A DNA stretch of 63,971 nucleotides from Guillardia theta CCMP2712 (GCF_000315625.1 NW_005434616.1:248001-311971); one strand, 5' to 3'; positions 35,001-47,990 are shown, numbered from the stretch's first letter. A program made the numbers and translations. Notes: generated from the sequence alone by a model not told the origin.

Positions 35001-35473
35001 GAGAGAATGAGAGAAGGAGGGAGGGGAGGGCTCAGGAAGGAGAGGCAGGAGATGAGAAGAAACTGTTTGACTTGTTTTCTCAATCAGGAGAGTGTTGTCC
35101 GAATCTATTGTGCTCGGACCGGTCGCTTCTTCCGAGATGTGCTTGTTCTCCGTCCCCCCTGTTTCCTGTCCTCACTCTGCCTGGCAGTTTACCATCGACA
35201 GGGGCTCAGGCCCCGCCTCCCTTTATGTCCAGTCGCTGGTGAAGAGAGGAAGGAACTTTACAAGGGTCTGACATGCAGAACAGAGGGGCGATCCCTTCCA
35301 TCCTTTCCATCTGTCTGTCCTCGTTGCCTATAACCATCCGCTTGCTCCCTCGGAGATGCTTGTAGCCCTCTCTTGTGCTTCTCCTACTCTAGCTGATGCC
35401 CTATGTGCAGGAAGTCAATCTCTTGTCTCGTCCGGATCCCATGCAAGTAGAGCCCTCCTACCTCGCTGCTTGA
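32021..35473 (+). CDS. DHU1: LRR + WD40 protein resembling plant DWD HYPERSENSITIVE TO UV-B 1
   Basis: N-terminal LRRs, then RPRQFEYHP, ILGLCWL, LTSLH, SGYSNDVALYD, HINVLKF, FATSSFDKDVKMWDLR, GNVMVCFSPDDRYLL, NYTRSYYMNG and VQSLRGDPF. The match to Arabidopsis DHU1 is from memory, not from a search. Confidence 0.85.
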
Positions 35474-35818
35474 GGCTCCGCTGGTTGTCTTGCGATGTAT
35501 GTATAGATGCCCAGCCCAGGGCTCGTATAGAAGAAATATTGTTTCCTTGATGTTTATAACACTTTGATCCCCTCCTAGAGGTGACTTTGACTTGCTCTAC
35601 TACCTGGTAACTCGTTGCCCCCTTCCTACCGAACCCTCCACATTTCCTCCCGTTGCTTCAGAATAAAACCGACGGCGCTTCGCTTCACAGCGCTCAGCTT
35701 CTGTCCTGCGATGATCAAAGTCTTCCAAGAAACAAGGTGAACCAGCTCGGGTTATTGAAAAATTAGCCGAGCTAAACGATTTACTTTACATCGAGTTTAT
35801 CGGTATTGAGACAGCTTC

Positions 35819-37440
35819 TTAACCCTCTGCTATGGGATCGAACGGGGCCATCCCGGCAACGAGCGGCAGCGTCACGTCCTCTGGCAGCACTGGCGACCAG
35901 TTTTCGATGCTTTCAGTGGACTCGGCGGACTTTAGAATCTCTCGCCCGATCTCCCCGATATTCAGATGGTTGAGGAGGGGTGAGCCCGCCTCCCAGGAGC
36001 TCGAAGTCAGCATGTTGTCGTTGTCCCTTGCCGGTCTGCATGGAGACTCTTCGTTCTTGAAAGAAGCCGTTGGGTCCAGCGAAGGCTCTGGTATCTGGCC
36101 TTGGTGTACATACGCGATGTGGGGTTGATTCGCAAATGCCTCTTGAATGCGCATCGGGTCCAACTGCATTCAAACAATCATTCACATGAACACACCAGAC
36201 ATAGCACGGCAAACTTACATGACCAGATTGATTGAGGAGCTTTTGCGACATACTTGGTTTATGTGCAACAGAATGCCCTTCTGACCAGGGAGCATTCATG
36301 GATTTTGTGTTCAAGTCTCTGTGATTCAAATGACCGCCGACTTGTCCTTTGGACTGAAGGCCGTTTGCGGGTATACTGACATCTGCTCCCATGCTCCCTG
36401 CTCCTCGAGTGTGCAAAGACAACTCGCGAACCCTTGAGGATGCCGAGAGATTCTCGGGGGCCGCGACCTCTGCCTCCACGTTTGCTCCCTCTGGTGGAGA
36501 TTCCATGTCCGACCTCCTTGCACCTTTCTCAATACGACGCACTCTCGGTTTTGTGTCTTTTGATCCCTTTGGCCTTCCCCTCTTCCTGACCGAATCCTTG
36601 GGAAAGTCAAATCTCAGCAAAGCAATGTCAACGCAAACAGCAAGCTCCTCTTACCGGGTGCCCATCGCCGGCGCTCAAGAAGCCTTCATCAGTGTCCACA
36701 CTTTGCAGCCGAGAAAATGATCCTCCCCCCGACCCTCCCCCCGAAGACAACCTCGAAGGTCCCTCTGAAGACAAGTGTGAGCCATACCCGCTAAGCGATG
36801 GCACAAGCATACCACCCGACGACGTTCGCTGCAAGCTCTCCCCTGCTGGACGTTTCCTTCGTGGCCTCTTGTCCTTGGACCCTCTCGGCCGGCCCCTCCC
36901 TCGCTTTTCATCTCCAGCCTGGCACACGATAGCTGAGTGACGCAAACATAAACCAGCGCTCGCTTGGAGGCCGGCTGCATACCTGCAAGTACCCAGCTTC
37001 CTCTCCACCCCCCACGCCGCTCGGTTGGACACCATATACTGTATGTGACCAATGATAGTCCCTCCATGCACTCCTTGGGTTAACTCCATCTGAGTGATTC
37101 TGCATCCCTAGATGATTGAAATGGTTTGTATTCATGGGAACACTGTGATTGTTGCTTGGCAAACCAACTGAAATAACAACAAGATCAGTGACAACCAACA
37201 CAACTCACTATGGAGCACTCACTGTATGTATTCTGGGCTTCAAATGTGTGTGTATCATGGGGATAAGATTCTATCAAGTGAACGTTTGTCTTGTTTTGAT
37301 TCTGAGCCTCTCGGAGCATCTGGTTATCTTGCCATGACGACCTGCTTATGTCTTTCTTCATTCCAATCACCTCCTGGAATCCTCGGATCAATGACAGAGG
37401 TTGCTGCTTGTCGACGATGTCATATGGCAGCAGATTCTCA
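35819..37440 (-). CDS. AT-hook DNA-binding protein, multi-exon
   Basis: Two extended AT-hooks, KRGRGRPRGSKDKRPR and KRGRPKGSKDTKPR, in successive exons. 5' end uncertain. Confidence 0.72.
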
Positions 37441-38079
37441 TATCTTAATAGATGGAACCAGGAAATGATACAAATAGCGACAAAATTTGCAACGCTTTTG
37501 TCTCCAATTCGATGCAGTAACCTGTAACGACGACATTACTCGAATGCTGTTTGAGACAATATCATGATTGATGTAAAGAACTCGGATTACTAGCTCAGAA
37601 ACAGTTCAAAGCGCATTGAACTCATGCTGAAGGAAGAATCAATGTGTTACGTGATACAAGATGAGAAGGATTAGGTTGAAATTGCGCACAGCTGCAGGAT
37701 CTTGTATCTTAATATTGGGGCATGCAACAACAGAACATTCGGATGCAAGCAGCAAGGTTGAATGGGATGAGAGGATGAGTGATAGCGATAAGAGTTATGT
37801 GCAGGAGCAGGGGGCAGGATGACGGCATCGAAGTTGTAGTGATTGCAACCCGTCGGGAAGAGAAGAAGGCAGACGGGCAAGTAAGGAAGTGAAACGAGGC
37901 AGCAGGGGACCAATGGACAACAGCACATGAGATAGAGGACCTGGAAGAGTCAACGAAAGAAAATGAGGAGGAGGGGCGGGAGGGGATCGAGCATGGACGC
38001 GAGCGACAGAGCGCGACATTCGGAGAGCATGGGGAGGTGGTTTTATCAAGCCGCACTGCGGCAAGGATGACGACCCCAA

Positions 38080-39870
38080 TAGGGTGGGGTCATCATGGGT
38101 GGGAGGGGGTAGTGCTATAAGGACATGGGATTACCGGGGGTTAAGATAACAATGTTGGTCCTGGTACCCTGGATTTAACACGCAATACCTGTAGAAAACA
38201 GGGGTCGTATTCTATGCAAGTGCTCTGTACGGGGTCCAACCGGTCGAGATGCTTCAAAAGGCTGTAATGATAAGTGGGTGGGTAGGTGGGTCTCCGGGAG
38301 AAGACGTGCGTGAGGTAGGGTTGTCGTAGAGTTGAAGGTGAATAGTAAATCAAAACAGCCGGAGGAAGGGGTGGGAAAAGTTTAGAAGAGGGGTGGGGCC
38401 ATTTAAGAGATACGAGGGGTCCAGGGACTTTGCGGTAAAGTGAAGGGGTGAAGTGGTGTTCAGATTGAAAGGCGTGGTTGCATCTGTGGTGGGTAGGGAA
38501 AAATTCAGGACCCTAGGTTTGGCAAATGGTCAATATATTATCTAACATTTGAATATATACCGAGAAAAATATTGAAAATTTAGAAACAGGGACAACATGA
38601 TCGCCGCTGCAGGGAAAAAGGTTTACTAGAAGGAGGTGGGGTGAAGTCAGCGGTGCAGGGAAGAAGGTGGTGCTGGCAACCGGTGGGGTCATTCCCAGAG
38701 GAAATCAGCACTATGGGTGGGTCATTCAGGGTCCAACATGAGGGTACTGCTGGTGACCACAGGGGTGATTGGTTGTATGTTTCTTTTTTTCCCCAGTAGG
38801 GGTCTTCGAAACGTTTCGATCTGAATTCACCCCTCAGGGTGGGGGTGCCCACTTTCGCAAAGCATCTTACAACCAGGGGTAGGGTAGTGATTGGAACATG
38901 GGGTAGCGAGGGCAAGGGAGGTACAAGATCGAGGAAAGGCAGGTGAGGGGTAGTACCCTACCTGTAATACTAAGGGAGTACGGGTATAACATGGTTGTCG
39001 GTTGACCTCTTCGTCATGTCTCGTGACCATATGTGGAAACTGAGGGGGTAGGGGTAGTGAGGCACAAATCTGCCACCGGTTGTTGAAGCACTTGTAAGAA
39101 GGGTCACTGTAGGGGAATATTTCAAAAAAGAGCCATAATTGGGTTGAGGGGGGGCGGGGCGGAGGGGGGTCCGGAAACAAAAAAAATCAGAAGCAAAGGT
39201 CTGTAAACTAGGATCGCTATCTGATAATCTTAATAGCGAATAAATACATAATAAAGAAATCTAAAAGGAGTACTTTCACAACCCAAAATGAACGTGACTC
39301 ATATCAATCGTTGTATCTCAAGGTCACACGTCGCTAATCATAACCCCACCTCCTCAGGTGCCGAGCACCCTTCCCCGCTCAGACTCCCACAACTCCCTTT
39401 TTTTTTTAATTCCCTTGATCCCCACCCCCACCCCCATTCAACAAGGGTCAACTTAAGTAAAGTACCCACCCATCGGGACAGTCCGCTGAGTCACGTCCAG
39501 CCTGGTTAGTAGCTGCAAATTCTGACCCCAGCCCCGGCATCTTGTACCACAAAGATTTACTCACAGTCCAAGTCCTTACAGTTTTGAGCGCACGAAACTC
39601 GGCCGGGGACGCCCTCGGGTTTTACCGAGCGGATCGAACCGAGCCCTCGGGCTCCGAATCAATATGATAAACTTTTAAAAGTCAGGTCATCCTACTAGTC
39701 CCTTCCTCAGATGGCAGGCGCAGCTGACCGTCATTCCATGTCATGCAGTGGTTTTATGGTTTCACCGTGGTACGAGTCTCTTCTTTCAGTCACCCGGTCA
39801 CGTTCAAGACTTCCAGCGTGTCACGGTCCGGAGGGCCCGGAACTGTGGTGACTATGGACAGTGCTGGCCG
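38080..39870. promoter_or_regulatory. Large GGGT/ACCC island with GC-palindromic end, upstream of the AT-hook gene
   Basis: 38080-39180 is dense in ggggt/gggta, 39340-39540 in accc, and 39600-39870 has ggccgggg, gggcccgg and gtcac words. Confidence 0.5.
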
Positions 39871-39919
39871 GAGAAACTTTTTCAGTAGCTCGAGGCTCTG
39901 GCAGGTGGCTAAGATGTGA

Positions 39920-41692
39920 TCAAGTATGTAAATTCACAATCGGAGTCAAAATACAACAAGAAGAACTGGTGCTCTTCTCTGCCGTGCTAGGCCCAGCCGA
40001 GGGGGTTGCTGACTGTGAGCTGAGACGGGGAGTTCCTGCTGAGAGAGGATGAGGCCCAGAAGAAGGGGGATGGGTGATCCTGGGACTCGGGAGCATGATG
40101 GGAGGAAGGGAGAAGGAAAGAAGGAGGGAGCCGGGAGGCTTGGAACGAGTGAGGGAGCAGGAAGCGCAACTAACCTAGAGGATTGTTGATGTCAGAGCTG
40201 ACAATCTTCGTGGTTGGAGTCACCGCAGACATCTCCTGCCACAAGAATCGTGAGGAGAGAGAGGAGCGGCGGAGGGAGCGAGCGAGCGGGAGAGGGAGGA
40301 TGGACGGACGGAGGAAGAGAAGAGGCAGGCAGGCAGGCAGGCAGGGAAGGAGGGAGGGAGGGAGGGAGGGAGGGAGGGAGGGAGGGAGAGGTGAAATCGA
40401 GCTTGTGACAGAGTAGGTGAGGAGCTTGCTGAAGGAGACATGAGGGCGGTGGGACATGGGGGAAGGGGAGAGAAGCTTACAACGCCTTCCTGCGCTTCAT
40501 GGCTGCCATAGTTGAGGCGTCCTTCGATGTCCACGGCCTCTTGAAGCTCAACATCGGGAGTGAAGGCGGACGAGATCACTTCTGCATAACACGGACTTTC
40601 TCCTCCTCCTTCCCCGCCTCTTCCTCCTGTCGTGCTTGTCAGGATCGTGATCCCCATCAGAGGACTCTTGGTCACCTTGTCCTCGGGCTACTCCCACGCT
40701 ATCCCATGAAGATCCGCCAGCCTCTTGTGCTTGATCTCCTTCCCTGCTCCCGCTTTCTTGCTCCTCCTTGACCCCCCACCCCCTGCCAGCTTCCAGAGCT
40801 CCACCATTTAAGGGAGGAGACGGAGGAGACGACTTGGACCTTCCGTGCTGACCAGCCTCATAGTGCACGTCGGGGGATAGATGAGGAAGGGATGGAGGGA
40901 GATAAGGTTCGCGGTGGTGGAGGAGATGGTTGGTAAGAGAGAAATTCACCATCCTTTGAGGCTGGGATGTATCGCCTTCAGGAAGCTGCTGGAAGATTAA
41001 GTGAGAGGAGGGGAGAATTAGATACACAGGGGAGGGTTGAAGGGAGCAGGTGAAGGAAGGTGGGGAAGAAGTACGAACAGCAGTGTCAAATGATGGAGCG
41101 GCGCGCCAAGGAGTAAGACGAGGGAAGGGGCGAGAGTAGGAGAGACAATGGACGGACACAAGTTTTGTAGGGGTAGAGGAGGGGAGAGTTGACTTACCTC
41201 GTATTGAACAGCTCCGCCCACCATTCCAGCAAGATTGTGTTCAGCTGGATTGAAATTTTGCTCTGCTCGTAGCGAAAATCGCATTCTCTCCACCTCCTCC
41301 TGCTGCCTCATCCCCAGTGACATGTCGCTATAGGGCGGCATGTACACCTGCTGTCCGTCAGAGGGAGGGAGGGAGGGAAAGGTGGAGAAGAAAAGGAGGA
41401 AGAAGCGGAGAGAGGGGAGAAGAAGGGGGAGGAGAAAAAGTAGATGAAAGGGAGAGACGGTCACAGTACCATGCGGTGTTCCTCTGATACTCTCTTGTCC
41501 CACATGTCGTCTTCATATACCGTGGTCAGGAATCTCTCAGGAGACAGTCCGGCCTGCTAGAAGCGAGGAGATCAAGGTGTGAGGGAAGGAGGAGGAGGAG
41601 GAGGAGGAGAAGGGAGATTGGGAAGGAGATGGGGAGACGATGGGGGAGGAGAAGGGAGGAAAGAGAAAGGGGGAAAGGGAGGAGGTAGTAGC

Positions 41693-41728
<36 letters not shown>

Positions 41729-44700
41729 TGTTGTTGTTGTAGTGGTGGTGGTGATGGTGGTGGTGATGGTGATGGTGGTGGTGGTGGTGATGGTGATGGT
41801 GATGGTGGTGGTGATGGTGATGGTGGTGGTGGTGGTGGTGGTGATGGTGGTGATGGTGATGGTGGNNNNNNNNNNNNNNNNNNNNNNNNNNNNNNNNNNN
41901 NNNNNNNNNNNNNNNNNNNNNNNNNNNNNNNNNNNNNNNNNNNNNNNNNNNNNNNNNNNNNNNNNGGAGGGAGTGAGGGAGGAGGGAGGAAGAAACAGGA
42001 GAGCGAGGAGGAGGAAACAGAAAAGGGGGAGGAGGAGAAAGTAGGTAGGAGGAGGAGATTACGAACTTGATATTGTCGTGGAACGCAATGTCCATGCCCA
42101 CCATCTCGAGGTCAATTTCGATCTGAGATATTCAAAAGTTGAGGACGAGAATGTTAGAAGGAGCCGCAAAAGAGAAAGAAAATTTTAAAAATTAGCAAGA
42201 GAGCCCTGCCAAACTCGTTTGCCCCTTCCTCTCTCTCCCCCAGTCCCCCCTACGCTCTCTTCCTTCCTCCCCCCACTCTCCTCCCCTCGCTCCCTCGCTC
42301 CCTCGCTTCTTTTCCTCTGCCTTCACTCACTCGCAGATTCTCGAAATGCTTGAGGCAGGCGAGGAGCACATACCCGAGGATGGAAACCCAAAGCTGAGGA
42401 GAGGTGAAAGCTGAGAAGTCGGGGAGAAAGACAGCTGGGGGTGGGAGAGGATGGGGGGCAGAGGGACAAGAAAGGAGCAAGAGGACGATAATGACGAGGA
42501 GCAGAATCAAGCATGAATGTAAAGCGGTGAGAGGAAGGCAGAAGAGAAGGAGAAGATTAAACGAGCGGTACCAGGGGAAGCAGCAGAGCCAAGGTCTGAG
42601 CTGCCAGCAAGCTGCCGCCGTTGCCTAGCAGAACTCCTCCTCCCGAGAACTCGTTGACGGATCTTCGAGAGGCAGAAAGTTAGAAGGAACTGCAGGAGCA
42701 GAGGAGCTTTTCTCCCGGCCATGCTTGCCTTCTCTCTCACCCAGAGGGAGGAGCAGAGGGGAGCGTAGAGGCAGAAATTCAACACAGGAAAAGGAGGTAT
42801 CATAGCAGGCGGCGATGAAAGGAGGAGAAGGAGGAGGAGGAGGAGGAGGAGGAGAGAACTAGCATTCTCCTGTCCCAGTTAAGTGATACCTCAAATCTCG
42901 GACGTAGTGTTCGGAAGAGAACAGACCGGGGACGAGGGTCCCCCACATACCTGAAGGGATGTAAGGAGATCGAGAAGGAGGGAGTGAAGGCAGTGAGGGG
43001 AAGCAGGAGGTAGTGAGGAGGAGGAGGCGGAGGATATGGAGGATTTGGAGGTGGAAGAGGAAGATGGGGACGACGGAAACGAGGAAAGGAAGGAAGAGAA
43101 GGAGGAGAAATGAACTATCAACGGTGGAAGGGCAGGTGGAGGAGATCAGAACCCGAGAGGCCATGCACGGAGCTGACGTCAAGAGCGTCATCGATGTGAA
43201 GGCGGAGGAGTAGACGCGAGCCGGCGAAGCAGAGGCCAGCTCCAATCACACCCACAACTGACGAGGCAGATATGAGAAGCTCTACCACTCACCCTGCCTT
43301 CCTCCCCCTCCTCCACCCTCCTCCGCCCTGCTCCCCCTGCTCCTCCCTCTCCTCCTCCTCCCTGCTCCTCCTTCTCGTTGTTCCCCCCTCTCTCCAGTGT
43401 CTGCCTCCACTCTCCCGTCATCCTCTCATCCACACAAACCGCATCCTCCTCCCTCTCCCTCCCTTATCACCGATGGCGAAGTAGGGCTCAATAATGGGAG
43501 CTGATGCAGAGATCGAAACAAGGCCTGGGACAAGCTCAGCAGGAGCACAGCTGGAGGGGAGTGTCAACCCGCAAACGCGCACTTCAGGACTGTTCCGACG
43601 GAGTGGCAGCTGAGAGCAGGGAGTGACTTGTCAATGTCAAAGTTTTCAAATTTGTCACCGGAGGTAGTAGACGCTCAGGAAGATCCCCACGAGGGTTCCT
43701 GATGCTGAGGCTCAGCTTGCGAGAGCGGGGGAGGAGGGGGGTTCGGGAAGGATGAGGGAAGGAGGAGTCACGAGAGAGGAGAATGGAAGGCAGTCGAGGA
43801 GGAGGTGAGAGCAGGCGGGAGAGAGGGGGAGGAGGTTGGATTAGAAGAGAACAAGGAGGAGGGAGCAGAGGAGCGTGATGTGTCTGTTCACCAGAGGATA
43901 GAGCGATCAAGGAGGATTCAAAGGCTCTGGCGCATCATCGTTAACAGGGAAGCAAGGATCGACCAGAGGAGTCTCCTCCTCCACTCCTTCCTCTCTCGCT
44001 CTTCCCCACCTTCCTGACGACGTGCTGGAGTTGGAGTAGGCACCTAGCCACGAACCACGTCACTCCTGAAGGTGGTGTGGGAGGCTGCAAGAGCTAGGGA
44101 GGGCAGAGGGGCGGAGGGTGTGAAGACCTCTGTCCCTGCTACCCACCTGACAGAAATCCGAGCCAACTCAGGATGGCCAACGACAACCCCGAGTAGACGA
44201 GCGACGGGTTGTTGCTGGGAGGAGCAGCATCGTCGTCAGCAACGAGGTCCACCGTGTCCTCTCACAGCAAGACATCATCGTCGTCGTCATCCTGCACAGG
44301 ATATTCTCCAACTCATCCCACTCCCTCACATGCTCAGGAACTTGGGAGAGCAGGTCCCGTCCGGAGTGAACCTCCCCATCCTCGGCCCGATCATGATCGC
44401 ACCGATCACACCCATCACTCCTGCAAGGAACACAAGCCGACAGGTCAGGACGGAAGGGAACTTCGTATGGGAGCCAACCAGCGATCAGGTGAACTTGTGA
44501 GGCCCCTCCAGAGTCGATGCACCCGATCCCTTCCGTTGCTCTGCCGTCCTGCAGGTGCAACATGGGATGCATGAGCTGGACAGCAGGACAGCGCACACGT
44601 CTCCTCCTCCTCCTTCCTCCTCCTCACCTGCAAAAATCCCCCCGAAGATTTCATCCAGTGGCTCGGGAGGGGGTACACGAGGACGGAAATGAGGAGGACG

Positions 44701-45440
44701 ACGCAGGCGTAGCTGGAAGGAGCAGCAAGGGAAAGTCAGTGCATCTACCTCACATCTTGTCCTTGTAGTAAGGACCGTGGTAACTTACGCGGCTATCTGA
44801 AACCTTTCCGTCACGCTTCCGTTGAAAATGGTGACGGCAATCTGACATTTCAGGCCCTCCACAACAATCTGCCACCAGCTACTGCGAGTCAGCAAGCAGC
44901 AGCAACGCAAGTCAATGTGTCACAATTCGTTCTTGGCCGTCACCGCAAAGTCCGAGTTCCCGACAAATGAGTTTCCAGAACCAAAAGCGAAGCCCTGGAT
45001 CAAACAGACGCGATGAGAGGGAGGGAGGGACGGGAGAAGTGGGGGGAGGCGACAAGGGAAGGGGAGGAGGGAGGAGGGAGTTCTCACGTATCCGATGAGG
45101 TACCACATGATGATGACACAAGCGCTGCATATCAGACTGCGAAGAAAGACCTGTCGGGGCGATGTCAACAACAAATTTCATGCAGACGACCAGAAATGTC
45201 GAATGCACTCACGCTCTGTATGTTCCGATGGGAGACAGTCCCAGCCTCATACAGTGTCAGCCCGAGGTGCACGCCTGCAGTGAGTCACGTTGGTATGTCA
45301 CTGGCGACGCGTATTCTACCACAGAGGAGCACTGCATCGATGAGCATTGCGCTGGACATGTCGGCTTGCCCTGCTTCAGTCAGCCATGCGTTCGATCTGC
45401 GGAAGAATCATCCTGGCCAGGAAAAGCCTGCATCGGGTAT
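39920..45440 (-). CDS. AMT: Ammonium transporter (Amt/Mep family), divergent, more than 15 small exons, long C-terminal tail
   Basis: Ordered exon motifs YEAGTVSHRN, GFAFGSGNSFVG, GSVTER, VYPLPSHW, IDSGGASQVHLIAG, IGPRMGRF, SWLGF, GLVSISA, IDDALDVSSVHGLSG, GMWGTL..GLF, LLAAQ and LR..DLEMVGMD. Ends approximate. Spans an assembly gap. Confidence 0.88.
41866..41965. other. Assembly gap (100 N) after a (GTA)/(GGT/GAT) microsatellite
   Basis: Run of 100 n. Confidence 0.99.
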
Positions 45441-45981
45441 CGTTAGGCAAAGCAGACGCGGAGGGCTCTGTCTTTGTATCTCAAAACTTCGAATCGTGTC
45501 ATGTCAGTTTCACACTACGTCTGCCTCCTCCTCCTCCTCCTCCTCCTCCTCCTCCTCCTCCTCCTCCTCCTCCTCCTCCTCCTCCTCCTCCTCCTCCTCC
45601 TCCTCCTCCTCTGCATCTTCCTTTTCCGCTTCCTCTGCATCTTCCGCTTCCGCTTCCGCTTCCACTTCCGCTTCCTGAGTCTTCCCCTCCCCCTTCCCCT
45701 TCCCCTTCCTCTTCCTCTTCCTCTTCCTGTCCGCTCGCTTTCCATCCCACTCTTGCTATGAGTGTAACTTGATCAACCATCCCAGTCTCTTCTCTTCTCC
45801 CTCCCTCCCTCCCTCCCTCCTCTCTGCAGCCTTCCGACCGATCCCCTCCTGCTGTTCATAAAATCGACAACAGCAAATTAGTGAAATATTAGTGTTAATT
45901 TATAGAAATAATATTAATAACAAATAACTTTCATTTGCAAATTTTGCTGAGAAATAGAATTAAATGTTATGATCAGTATTA

Positions 45982-46274
<293 letters not shown>

Positions 46275-46286
46275 CTACAAAAGAAG

Positions 46287-47990
46287 ATGATCGATGCAGA
46301 CGATTACAACCCTGAGGAGGAGGCGGTCAAGGTCGAGTACGATGTTGAGGCCTGTGAATGGAAGAGGACGACGAGGAAGATCATGATAGGCAAGGACTTC
46401 TTCGATTCTGGAGAGAAATTTGGTTGTGTCTTTGTCAGGGATGTGCTAGAGGGACAGGTTCATGTTATCAAGAGGCTGCTTCATGCCGAAGAACCGCCAG
46501 AGGCAGTTTATGAGACTGTCCGGACCGAGGCTATCGCCTGCTCCATGGCAGATTGCTACAACACCTACGACCCCCCCAAGAAGGTTACCTTCGTTCCAAC
46601 CTTCATTTACCTCCTAGTCGGGCGGGCGGGCCAGCCTGCAGTGCGGGTAGAGCCGTACATCCACAACTTCCGCAAGGAGCCGGTGAGGACATTGACGTTG
46701 GAGCACAGACTTGATCTGGACACCCTGGAGGCCTTCGAGCTATTCACCTACGAGCGCTCGCAAGCCTCCTTCGTGCTGGTCGACCCTTTCTACATCTCCG
46801 ACCTCTGGTACAGGCCGACGTGCCACTCGGTGGACGGGGAGGCGTCGGACGGGATGGACCTTGGCCTCAAGGGGATACAGCTGTTCCTCGTGAAGCACCG
46901 GTACAACCCTGTGTGCCAGAAACTGGGCCTGAGGAACCCCTCCTGCCTGCTCGGGCTGCGCAGCGAGGACAGGACCCTCGAGCTTCCTGCAGTCCCTTCC
47001 GCGTCTTCGCTTCCTCCTAGCAAGACTCCCGGTGCTAGCGTGGGAGGTCGTACGAGCTCCTTGCCGCGGTCGATCCCTCGATCAGGCACAAAGACCAAGA
47101 GCAGGAAGCTGGAGGAGAGGGGAAGGAGGAGCAAGAGCAGGGCGTCGTCCTCCTCCTCCAACCGCAACGGGATGGCGGGGATGCAGCTCGAGATCGCCAA
47201 CAGGCAGGTGACTGTGCTGCGAGTCTGCAAGGACGGGCCGGCTGACCAGGCGGGACTGAGGCGGGGCCACGTCATCCGAACGATCGGCGGGGTGGCGGTG
47301 AAGGGGATGGACATGGCGGCAGTCCAGCGGCTGCTGGAGGGGAAGCACGGAGCTGTGAAGAGGATAGTGGCCGCAAACTCCGTGGTGGAGCAAGACCTGG
47401 TGTTCGACATGACTCTCGCAGCTGGGATCGTGGTGAACGATCGATTCCTGTTTGCTGACACGGAGGAGGTGTGGGACGAGGACTTTCCGTCACAGCCGCA
47501 GCAGCGACACGATAGCAAGAGCTCTTCGCAGGGGGGCGGCAGGGAGACGGGCCCGTCCGAGTCGCAGACTTATGTGCAGGGTGTGGGGGGTATCGCGCTC
47601 GCTGCTGATTCGACGGGCATAGACGATGACTGGGAAACAGTGGATGTGGAGGCTGAAGCGGAGGAGGCTGATGAGGAGGAGGCAACTGGAGGGGTAGCTG
47701 AGTTTGAGGAGGAGGAGGAGCTCGGCGATGAGGAGAAAGAGGAGCAGGAGCAGGAGCTCAACAAGGAGGTACTGGTGGTGGGTCGCGATGTTCCCATCCT
47801 GCTTGGCATGAGGGTACGGATGCTGCCGGAGTACATGCAGCATGGCACTGGCTCAGTACAGTCGGCGAACTTCCTGAGGAAGTACGTGGCGGTCAAGTGG
47901 GACGACGGATGGGAGGATTCCTGCCTGTACGTGGGGGGAGGGGGAGAGTACTACCTGCGTCAGTGGAGGGAGGGGAAGGGACGAGATTGA
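46287..47990 (+). CDS. Alpha-kinase (eEF2K/MHCK)-like domain + PDZ domain + C-terminal SH3-like (MIB-HERC2-like) module
   Basis: HVIKR, YN..PPKKVTF, VEPYI, FTYERS, DLGLKGI..F..H..NPVC..LGL. PDZ segment GPADQAGLRRGHVIRTIGG. C-terminal GMRV...VAVKWDDG...GEYYL. Single 567-aa frame. Confidence 0.8.
   Translation: MIDADDYNPEEEAVKVEYDVEACEWKRTTRKIMIGKDFFDSGEKFGCVFVRDVLEGQVHVIKRLLHAEEPPEAVYETVRTEAIACSMADCYNTYDPPKKVTFVPTFIYLLVGRAGQPAVRVEPYIHNFRKEPVRTLTLEHRLDLDTLEAFELFTYERSQASFVLVDPFYISDLWYRPTCHSVDGEASDGMDLGLKGIQLFLVKHRYNPVCQKLGLRNPSCLLGLRSEDRTLELPAVPSASSLPPSKTPGASVGGRTSSLPRSIPRSGTKTKSRKLEERGRRSKSRASSSSSNRNGMAGMQLEIANRQVTVLRVCKDGPADQAGLRRGHVIRTIGGVAVKGMDMAAVQRLLEGKHGAVKRIVAANSVVEQDLVFDMTLAAGIVVNDRFLFADTEEVWDEDFPSQPQQRHDSKSSSQGGGRETGPSESQTYVQGVGGIALAADSTGIDDDWETVDVEAEAEEADEEEATGGVAEFEEEEELGDEEKEEQEQELNKEVLVVGRDVPILLGMRVRMLPEYMQHGTGSVQSANFLRKYVAVKWDDGWEDSCLYVGGGGEYYLRQWREGKGRD

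Noticed and set aside
36540-36910. RGRPxGSKD motif as a sign of a Copia retrotransposon
   Set aside because: No integrase, reverse transcriptase, RNase H or LTR nearby, and the motifs lie in spliced exons.
38080-39180. Interstitial telomere array
   Set aside because: The G-runs have no fixed period or exact tandem TTAGGG/TTTAGGG units.
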